Below the pieces are notes generated by a model. It searched no databases, had not been told where the DNA came from, and worked only from the letters and a program-made list of their open reading frames with translations. Shown here in pieces: positions 9,461-17,143 of a stretch of DNA of 64,000 nucleotides (position 1 is its first letter; every line of letters begins with the position of its first letter). Made by a program: the position numbers and the translations under genes. This stretch comes from Myxococcales bacterium (lineage in GTDB: Bacteria; Myxococcota_A; Polyangia; Polyangiales; DASUME01), in assembly GCA_047601445.1 (NCBI GenBank), contig JASGJH010000001.1, positions 4,480,001 through 4,544,000 on the forward strand. The letters run 5' to 3'.

Positions 9461-12400
9461 ATGAAGAAATCACCTGAGGTGGAGACACCGGAAGCCTGGG
9501 ACCTGAGTCGCGTTCGGCTCACGGTACAGGCCGTATCCGACGGCGCCGACGTTGGCGCGGCAACTCGCCTGTCGTCGAGACACGTTGGCTACCACCTTCA
9601 AGCGGGCAGAATTCTCGGATGGCTAGCTGGCGACAACAAGCACCCGACAGTCACCGATGCGGGACGAGCGCTCCTTGCAGCGCCACGAGACTCCGCTCAG
9701 GAAGCCGAGGCGCTTCGCTCCGCCGTTTCCGAATGCGCTGCCGTCAAGGTCGTCGTGGGGGAGCGCTTCAGTGGGATAACGTTCGAGGAGCTGGTCGCGG
9801 CTCTCGAAAGTAGCCCGCTAACCGGACTTGCGCGATCAACGGCCAAGAAGCGGGCCGCGGCGTTGCTGCGATGGCGTGACCGAACTCAGAGCGCTACGCC
9901 CGAGCTACCGTCCCAGGCAGAGAGCGCGCGGTGTGAACGCATACTTGTTCTTCAGTTCAGCGACATCCACACCAAAGACCACGCCGATCGCCAAAGGCTC
10001 GAGCACCGGCTATCCAGAGCGATATCGGCAGTAGCTGCACGGCCCGAAATCTATGGAATACGAGAATGCCTCGTGATCATATCCGGCGACATCTCGTACT
10101 CGGGGACGACAAGCCAGTTCGAACTCGCAAGCAGCGCACTGGAAAGCGCGCTTGGCAAGCTCAAGAGCCGCCTTTCTCTAAACGATGTCCAGGTCGTAGT
10201 CACCCCAGGCAACCACGACTGCGACTTTACCGTCGAGTCAAAGGCACGCGGAAAGCTGATCTCGTCAGTAGATCCGGCCGATGTAGACGTTTCATACGTT
10301 GAGGCATGCACAAGTACCCAAACAAGTTTCTGGAAGTTCGCATCGTTTTGGCACACCGGGCCGACGAGAAGCGTCGAAAAGAAAGTGGCAATGGAGATCC
10401 ACAGGATCTCCATTGCTGGGCGGACGATTCATGTCAACTCGTTGAACACTGCCTGGATGTCGACCATAGATGAGAAGCAGGGTGCACTCGTCTTTCCGAG
10501 TTCTGGAATCACAGCATTGCGAGCGCCATCGCCTGCTCCTGACGTCGTGATTACGGTTGGCCACCATGGCTACAACTGGTTTGAAGCCAACAACGCACGT
10601 GCCCTACGGACATCTGTCGAGACCTGCTCCGACATCCTCTTCAGTGGGCACGAGCATATGGCAGACAGCACGCTGAAGCTCGGATCCGCCGGCGACACCT
10701 CTTGGCATATCGAAGGCGGAGTCTTGAACGACAGCACCACCGCTGAGAACAGCTCGTTTAATGCGGTGATTCTGGACATAGCGGGAGGAGAACTTCGGGC
10801 TCTGTCGTTCCGGTGGAACGATGCAGACGACATGTATGTCATCGACCGTGAATCGTCACCCGTTGCATTCCAGCGCAACCAGTTGCGAATGAGGAGCGAA
10901 TTCCAGCTCAACCAAGCCTTCCAAGCGGCGTTGAACGACCCCGGAGAATCGTATCAGCATCCGAGAAAGTCTCCGATTCGGCTCCAGGATCTCTTTGTCT
11001 ACCCAAACCTGGAGGAGCGCGTTCACGAGAAGCACGCAGATGTCGCGCGACTAATCAGGACGCCTATCGATTTCATACTGCGAGAGCAATGCGTCCTGGT
11101 TCTTGCGCCTGAACGCGCAGGCAAGACGGCAATGGCACGCATGCTTTTCTCCGATCTATACAGGCTTGGATTCGTGCCGGTACTGATTGACGGGCGCCAA
11201 CTCGACAACCCGGCACCCGAGCGCGTCAACGCCAGAGCCGACGAATCGTTCGTTGAAGGCTACGACAGGGCGCTTCTTGAACGCTTTCGACAGCTCGACC
11301 CTGCCAAGCGGGTCTGCATCGTGGACGATCTTCACCGTTCTCCCCTCAACATCGCGGCCAAGGACAAGGCAATCGGAGTATTGGCAAGTTTTGCGGATAT
11401 GGTCGTAGTGTTCACCGATGAAAACTTCGACGTCGCAGCGGTCAGCGGCCCTACTCAAAGCTCCCATCTCTGGGATTTCTCGCATTGCACGATGCTCCCT
11501 TTGGGACACCGGGTGAGGTACGACTTAGTGTCGCGATGGTGCAATCTCGGGCGGGGCCATGGCGACGACCCCGATGCAGTTTCCCGAGAAACCGAGCGTC
11601 GCGACAGGACCGTAACACGTCTAATTGGCCAGAACTTTTTGCCTGCATATCCAGTCTTTGTCCTGCTCTGTTTACAGCAGCTGGAGATCAAGGCTCCTGA
11701 GAGCAACCTCGGATCATTTGGCCATCTCTACGAGGCGCTACTCACGCGCAACCTGATAAGCGGAGGCTCATCCTCGGGAATGGACCTGGATGCAAAGCAG
11801 CAGTTTCTTTCCCATTTCGCTTTCCACCTATTTGAGAGCGGCTCCGAAAGCACTGACAGGACTGCTTTCAATTCGTGTTACGACGAGTACTGCGAGCGAT
11901 TCCACGTTCGCTTTTCACTCGAACAACTTGAGAAGGAGCTGCTTGCCAGCCTAGTATTCGAGGTAAAATCCGGGCGGTATTGCTTCAAGTATCAGTACGC
12001 ATACCTATTTTTTGTTGCCAGGTATCTGCGAGATCGTTTGGACGAGACGAGGATTCGGGGCATCGTCGTTGAACTTTGCCGCAAGCTTCATCACGAGCAC
12101 TCAGCTAACATCCTCCTCTTCCTCTGTCATCTTTCTAAGCACCCATTCGTGCTGGACACTCTCCTGGAGGCGGCGCGGTCCTTGTTCTCCGACGGCATGC
12201 CCCTGGACATGGAAACGGCTCTTTCTCCGATTCACCAGAGGGCGGAGCCACGCACACTACGCCTGGAAGGCGGCGATCATCGCGAGAATCGACGCGCACT
12301 GCGCGATATCCGAGATCAAGGCGAACGCTCACGCGGCGACCGAATCGATCACGACGGATTGCCACCAGAGGTTATGACGTTCACCGCAGCCTACAAGACT

Positions 12401-12994
12401 GTTCACATTTTGGGCCAAGTACTCCGTGGGTTCCCTGGCTCGATTCCTGGAGACAAGAAGCTGGAGATTGCCTCCGAGTGCTACTCTCTCGGGCTGCGCT
12501 CGACACGCGCGCTGATGGAAATGATCATCGCTTCTCGCGAGGAAATCGAGGCCGGCTTGTGCGAGGTAATCGGGAGTCGACGGCCTGGACTTCGTGACGA
12601 TAGCGACAAGCTGCAAAACGCTGCGCGACGCATGCTTTTTGACCTTTGCGAGTCGATGTGTTTCGGGACCATTCAGCACATTTCAGACGCTGTTGGCCTG
12701 CAGACACTCTCACGGACCTACGACGAGGTCTTAAAGAAGCACAGCCCGATTTCATATCGCATCGTCGACCTATCCGTTCACCTAGACCATTTTGACGAGT
12801 TTCCGCAAACCCAACTTGATGGGCTACTACGTGACGCCAAGGGAAAGGTTCTTCCCATGAACCTGATCGGAAGACTGGTCTGGCGCCACATGTACCTCTT
12901 TCCTGTTAATCCAAGACTGATTCAGTCTCTGTGCAGCAAGCTGAACATTCAGTTCACCCTCGCCCTCAAGTCTTCGGGCAAGGGCCGAAGCTAG
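9461..12994 (+). CDS. Multidomain protein: N-terminal winged-helix-like domain, calcineurin-like metallophosphoesterase, STAND/NACHT-like P-loop NTPase, helical C-terminus (probable defence protein)
   Basis: Phosphoesterase motifs FSDIH, ISGDIS, PGNHD, GHH, SGHEH. Walker A APERAGKT (nt 11105-11128), Walker B CIVDDLH, then P-V-F-V and Y.F.Y STAND-like elements. Confidence 0.85.
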   Translation: MKKSPEVETPEAWDLSRVRLTVQAVSDGADVGAATRLSSRHVGYHLQAGRILGWLAGDNKHPTVTDAGRALLAAPRDSAQEAEALRSAVSECAAVKVVVGERFSGITFEELVAALESSPLTGLARSTAKKRAAALLRWRDRTQSATPELPSQAESARCERILVLQFSDIHTKDHADRQRLEHRLSRAISAVAARPEIYGIRECLVIISGDISYSGTTSQFELASSALESALGKLKSRLSLNDVQVVVTPGNHDCDFTVESKARGKLISSVDPADVDVSYVEACTSTQTSFWKFASFWHTGPTRSVEKKVAMEIHRISIAGRTIHVNSLNTAWMSTIDEKQGALVFPSSGITALRAPSPAPDVVITVGHHGYNWFEANNARALRTSVETCSDILFSGHEHMADSTLKLGSAGDTSWHIEGGVLNDSTTAENSSFNAVILDIAGGELRALSFRWNDADDMYVIDRESSPVAFQRNQLRMRSEFQLNQAFQAALNDPGESYQHPRKSPIRLQDLFVYPNLEERVHEKHADVARLIRTPIDFILREQCVLVLAPERAGKTAMARMLFSDLYRLGFVPVLIDGRQLDNPAPERVNARADESFVEGYDRALLERFRQLDPAKRVCIVDDLHRSPLNIAAKDKAIGVLASFADMVVVFTDENFDVAAVSGPTQSSHLWDFSHCTMLPLGHRVRYDLVSRWCNLGRGHGDDPDAVSRETERRDRTVTRLIGQNFLPAYPVFVLLCLQQLEIKAPESNLGSFGHLYEALLTRNLISGGSSSGMDLDAKQQFLSHFAFHLFESGSESTDRTAFNSCYDEYCERFHVRFSLEQLEKELLASLVFEVKSGRYCFKYQYAYLFFVARYLRDRLDETRIRGIVVELCRKLHHEHSANILLFLCHLSKHPFVLDTLLEAARSLFSDGMPLDMETALSPIHQRAEPRTLRLEGGDHRENRRALRDIRDQGERSRGDRIDHDGLPPEVMTFTAAYKTVHILGQVLRGFPGSIPGDKKLEIASECYSLGLRSTRALMEMIIASREEIEAGLCEVIGSRRPGLRDDSDKLQNAARRMLFDLCESMCFGTIQHISDAVGLQTLSRTYDEVLKKHSPISYRIVDLSVHLDHFDEFPQTQLDGLLRDAKGKVLPMNLIGRLVWRHMYLFPVNPRLIQSLCSKLNIQFTLALKSSGKGRS

Positions 12995-13289
12995 GCGCAC
13001 GGGCCGCTCGTGAGCACTTGCGTCGCTGAAGCCTGTACCTTCCTCTGTATGGAGCCCAGGGGCAAAGCACCAACTTAGAGCCGGCAGAGGGCGCCGAGTC
13101 GCATAGAGGCCGGAGCCTTTGAGTTCGAGCACGTTGGATCCAGCGTCGCAGGCAAGCCTGTTCGGAAGCCCTCCAAGATGCCTAAATCGTCAGTTTGGTT
13201 TTCACCCCTATGGTGCAATGACGGAGTTGGTTGAGGAGTGACTCAAAGTCCTAGGAGGATTGAGTGACCTAGGATAGGGTACGTACAGG

Positions 13290-13465
13290 GGCTCACAGGA
13301 GCTCTACACATCCGGCTACATCCTTTGCGGGCCCAATGCGCATTTGGGGTCGTGAGGGTCGCATCGGCGCGGGTCACCGCTCTGACGCATGAAATATACT
13401 TTTTCGCTCGGATGCGGCTTGGTGCGGGAGCTTGCGAGCAAACGCACCATTTTTAATTTGGTGTT
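13290..13465 (+). ncRNA. Putative DRT9-type RT-associated non-coding RNA (boundaries approximate)
   Basis: ORF-free region abutting the RT start. Stems: CATCCG(13309-14)/CGGATG(13409-14), CCCAA/TTGGG (about 13332-48), extended hairpin 13361-13388 (GCGG-GTCA-CCGC core), TGGTGCG(13420-26)/CGCACCA(13443-49). T5 tracts at 13400-04 and 13450-54. Confidence 0.7.
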
Positions 13466-13471
13466 GTTGCG

Positions 13472-15019
13472 ATGGCATCACGGACTGAGACCCATCTGCT
13501 GAACGCGATCCAGGATGAGGCGCGCAAGCTCATCCTTCGATATCAGCGTTATGCTCACGATCTGCACAACGAGGCCATGAGAATCGGGCGTCGAGCAGGA
13601 AGGGTTCCGCCGAAGGAAGTCAGGCGGCCGGGCTATTGGTCGTTGCCGGCGTTCGATCCATTTCATGTTCGAGCTCAGGCAGGGGGCTACGCGCATGCCC
13701 TCGCCCGTTCCCTTGAGCGAGACACCTACAAGCCGTGGCCCGCCGTTTCGTACGATGTCCCGAAGTCCGATGGCACGATGCGAGAGGTCAACGTGTTCTC
13801 GGTCGCCGACAATGCGTTCTCTCGTCTCGTTTACAAGGGACTGCTCGCAAAGAACTGCACGCGTTTCAGCGCTCGCTGCTATGCCTATAGGACCGACTTG
13901 ACCGTCCATGATGCGATTACACACATCGCGTCAGAGTTTCGTTCAACGCAGCGCCTCTTCATTGCGGAGTTCGATTTCAGCAAGTTTTTCGACTCGATTT
14001 CGCATGACCACATTCTTCGGGTACTAGACAGCGGTCAGTTCCTTCTGACGAATCGAGAGAGACGAATCATTGAGTCGTTTCTACGCACCCCGACTCTAGG
14101 AGTTGCCAGCTGGACGAACCGCTCGGTCCTAGTGCGCGAGCGTGGAATTCCCCAGGGAACTTCCCTCTCTCTGTTCTTGGCCAACGCAGCAGCAAGCCCC
14201 CTCGACAGGACGCTCGAACGCATGAGCGTGGGTTTCGCACGCTATGCCGACGACACAATTATTTGGTCCACCGACTACAGCGCAGTCCTGGGTGCCGTCG
14301 ACGCTTTGTCTGAGGCTGCTCGTCTGATGGGAGTTCAGATAAACCTGAAAAAGTCCGGCGGAATTAGCCTAGTTTGCCCACCAACCTACCGAAGCCCTGA
14401 GCTTGCTTCAAGCAAGGCGTCGGCTGTCTATCTCGGCTACGGGATCTCGCAATCATTCGTTTCGATTAGCCCGAACAATGTAGAGGGCATCAAGAAGCGG
14501 ATAGCCGAGATCGTGTTTCGCAACCTACTCGAGTTTCCATCGAATGGCATACTGAACGCCGCTCGCGTAGACCCTCCTATTGACCGGGACTACTACGTCA
14601 TGATTCTTCAGATCAGACGCTACCTATACGGTGACGTGAGTGAGCTTCAACTTCGTAGATTCTTCAATCGCACAAGCGCAAGGATTCGCTTTAGAGGGCT
14701 CATGTCTTTCTACCCGTTGGTCGACCACTTCGACCAGCTGAAGGCGCTTGATGGCTGGATGGTTCATACGATCGCGACGACGCTCAAACTGCGTGGCGAC
14801 TACTTTGTCAAAGCCGGAGTCCAACTGCCTCGTCCGCACGGCCTGAGTCGTGGTGAACTCCTTACCTTTCAGGGGCGAAGCACAAAGGACACCCCACTTG
14901 ACTTGCGCATTCCGAGCTTCGTACGGATGGCTCGCCTAATGCAGCGGGTTACGAAGTTGCGTGGAGCCAATGCAATCGCGAATCCCAAGTCATTTGAGTA
15001 CTACTGGGGCCTGACGTGA
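13472..15019 (+). CDS. Defence-associated reverse transcriptase, DRT9/UG28-like
   Basis: VPKSDG..R, YAYR, EFDFSKFFDSISH, GIPQGTSLSLFLAN, RYADD (YADD at 14243-54), KKS, LGY. The flanking motifs RPGYW..FDPF.V, IRRYLYG, GLMSFYPLV, LDGW, IPSF and NPKSFEYY match my recollection of DRT9 RTs. No maturase or endonuclease domain. Confidence 0.88.
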   Translation: MASRTETHLLNAIQDEARKLILRYQRYAHDLHNEAMRIGRRAGRVPPKEVRRPGYWSLPAFDPFHVRAQAGGYAHALARSLERDTYKPWPAVSYDVPKSDGTMREVNVFSVADNAFSRLVYKGLLAKNCTRFSARCYAYRTDLTVHDAITHIASEFRSTQRLFIAEFDFSKFFDSISHDHILRVLDSGQFLLTNRERRIIESFLRTPTLGVASWTNRSVLVRERGIPQGTSLSLFLANAAASPLDRTLERMSVGFARYADDTIIWSTDYSAVLGAVDALSEAARLMGVQINLKKSGGISLVCPPTYRSPELASSKASAVYLGYGISQSFVSISPNNVEGIKKRIAEIVFRNLLEFPSNGILNAARVDPPIDRDYYVMILQIRRYLYGDVSELQLRRFFNRTSARIRFRGLMSFYPLVDHFDQLKALDGWMVHTIATTLKLRGDYFVKAGVQLPRPHGLSRGELLTFQGRSTKDTPLDLRIPSFVRMARLMQRVTKLRGANAIANPKSFEYYWGLT

Positions 15020-15495
15020 TGGTAGCGCTGATTGAACCTTCGTAAGATGGGTTGGGTTTGAACTCGAGCGCGGGTTGTCACCGGCATTGGCCCAAAGGCC
15101 TCGCGCGGCGCACTAGGCGTCGAAGCTCTGCAGTTTTGCGCGTGGGCCTCTCGGGTCCGTGGGGCATGCGCCGTTGAACGTTGCGTCGGGGGCGAGGCTC
15201 AAGTCGCTCACGGTCGAGACGGCCCTGTGGCCATCTTGCCGTTTGCGGGCGGTCTCTAGGGTTGGATCGAGGACAGCCTTCTGTCTGAGCTGGCGGGCTC
15301 GGCGGTGCCGAACCGCATTCGCGGAGTCGGTATGGAGAGAAGCCGGTCACTGGGCACTAGCACATTGCGAGATGCTGCGAGGGCAAGCAGAGACGAGTGC
15401 CGAGATCGGGCGGGACTGGATTCAAAGTTGGAAGCAACGGTTTGACCGACATTGGCGTAGACATCGAGGTTTCTCGGCGAGATACACTCAGCTCC

Positions 15496-16248
15496 ATGCA
15501 TGAGTCAGATGCCGCAGACATCGAGTCCCAAGCCACTCAAGACATGCTAATGCGCCACTCGGTTCTGATGCTGTTCGCCAGCCGAACTACTGGAGAGTGG
15601 TCTCAGGGAACTGGCACGTTCTTCGAGACTGATCGGCATCACTATCTCGTCACCGCAGCTCACGTTGCCGAGGACTTAGGGGCAGATGATCTTCGGTTCG
15701 GGCTGATTCTGCAGCCCGGGGGGAGCAAGGCAATCTTCGAGCCGGAGAGGCCGGACCACTGGATTTTAGGGAATCAGGCGACGCGCGATGTTGCGGCGTT
15801 CCGACTTGCGCGTGGGGACGTGCAGGAGATCAAACGTGCCGGATTTCGATTCCTCAGGGTCTCCGACTTCGCCGACGGCGAGTTCGGGCGATTTGCGATC
15901 TACGGCTACCCAAAGGCCATGACAACAATTGACCATCATGGCCTGCACAAGGATTCGGTGTGGCTCGAAGTACCTGCGTATGAGGGCTCCGAACGGTGCG
16001 GGAAGAATGAGTTCCTACTGAAGTGGCACGACGGCATTGATTTTCATCTGGGCGGCGTAAGTGGTTCGCCGGTGTGGGCCGTCCTCGAACAGAGACCAGG
16101 CTCCATTTGGGGCGGACCAACGGCTCACTACAAATTCTGCGGTATCCAGATCAGCATAAAGAAGGGCGAATGGATCAAATTCGTGCAGGCGTTTGTGGTG
16201 GGAGAAATGCTCGATCTTGCAGATCGCATCCAGATCATTCGGAAGTAG
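15496..16248 (+). CDS. Trypsin-like (PA clan) serine protease, no signal peptide
   Basis: GTGTFF, YLVTAAHV (His), DVAAF (Asp), GYP, GGVSGSPV (Ser). Start uncertain (ORF open from 15397). Confidence 0.8.
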   Translation: MHESDAADIESQATQDMLMRHSVLMLFASRTTGEWSQGTGTFFETDRHHYLVTAAHVAEDLGADDLRFGLILQPGGSKAIFEPERPDHWILGNQATRDVAAFRLARGDVQEIKRAGFRFLRVSDFADGEFGRFAIYGYPKAMTTIDHHGLHKDSVWLEVPAYEGSERCGKNEFLLKWHDGIDFHLGGVSGSPVWAVLEQRPGSIWGGPTAHYKFCGIQISIKKGEWIKFVQAFVVGEMLDLADRIQIIRK

Positions 16249-16515
16249 CCTTCAGGTCTGTTTGAGGTTCGCGCGCTCTTGTCCGGTGCCGAGGCACAGC
16301 GCTGCGAGGTTCAAGCGAGGCACACGATAGCGAGCGTTGTGTTTACGGACGAGTCGAGCAAGACTGCGCTTACGGTCCCGTTCCGGCACGGCTTCAAGGC
16401 GTGGAAATGATCGGGATAGGCAGTTGAGGGCGCGCGGCTGTAGGCCCCGTAAACTCTCTTGCAAAGCCACGCTATTTCATCCTGCCAGTGACCAGCTCGC
16501 CGCCCTGCCCTCCGC

Positions 16516-16818
16516 CTACCTGCCCACCCAATACCCCGGCTTCCTCCGCTGATGCGCCACTGCCAGCACCTGCAACTCGTCGCCGACCACCCGCACGATC
16601 ACAAGATACGGGAACCGTCTCAATAGGTGCACGCGACGGGTCGGACTTCCCTTCCGCCATGCTCGTCCGCTGCGCGGAAACTGCCGCGCGCGCGCAAGCA
16701 CCACGCCTAGCTCGTCTACAAACGCGTCGCCGAGCTCGGCGCTCATCTCAGCGAAGTAGCGCTGAGCTTCCTGCACCTCGCGGGCGGCCGCAGGGTGGAA
16801 GAGAACCCTACGCGTCAC
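16516..16818 (-). CDS. Type II toxin, ParE/RelE family
   Basis: FHPAA..E...A..YF, RRFPY, VLAVAHQRRKPGYW; overlaps the antitoxin stop by 4 nt. Confidence 0.9.
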   Translation of the reverse strand: MTRRVLFHPAAAREVQEAQRYFAEMSAELGDAFVDELGVVLARARQFPRSGRAWRKGSPTRRVHLLRRFPYLVIVRVVGDELQVLAVAHQRRKPGYWVGR

Positions 16819-17042
16819 CGCCGTAGACTCTCGCGCAACCCATCCCAGTCGATTAGCTCGACTTCGCCCTTCTCAATCTCTTCCTCACGCCGATCGAGCT
16901 CCGCGCTCCAGGCGGCCTCAAAGTCCGCCACGTCTTCGCCGGGAGGGTCGAGTGTCTTGAGCAGCTGGGTGATGACCTTGGCGCGCTCGGAGCTGTCGAG
17001 CGCACTCGCTTGCTTCACGATGTCGGCAACCTTGGAGGCCAT
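16815..17042 (-). CDS. Putative addiction-module antitoxin
   Basis: 75 aa, acidic: ERAK...LL.TLD...AAWSAELDRR...I..G.V.LIDW; directly upstream of the toxin. Confidence 0.85.
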   Translation of the reverse strand: MASKVADIVKQASALDSSERAKVITQLLKTLDPPGEDVADFEAAWSAELDRREEEIEKGEVELIDWDGLRESLRR

Positions 17043-17074
17043 GGTTCGAGTTTACCTTTCCGCAGCTCCAAATC

Positions 17075-17106
17075 AAAAGGGCGAGCCTGCTGCTGCAAAC
17101 TCGCCC
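17075..17106 (-). terminator. Intrinsic terminator downstream of nrdJ
   Basis: Minus strand GGGCGAGTTTGC-AGCA-GCAGGCTCGCCC followed by TTTT. Confidence 0.8.
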
Positions 17107-17143
17107 CCTTCATCTAGCTCTCACTCGGGTGAGGCAGTGCTCG

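Noticed and set aside
13472..15019. RT as group II intron, retron, DGR or CRISPR-associated RT
   Set aside because: No domain X/HNH or intron domain V-like 3' structure recognised, no retron VTG motif or long a1/a2 repeats, no TR/VR repeat pair or avd gene, no cas genes or array.
15020..15495. Second ncRNA or small gene between RT and protease
   Set aside because: Only short scattered stems and unconvincing ORFs; nothing supportable without folding or expression data.
9396..17075. Integrase, transposase or att direct repeats bounding the island
   Set aside because: No recombinase ORF and no convincing terminal repeats found by eye, so it is not annotated as a mobile element.
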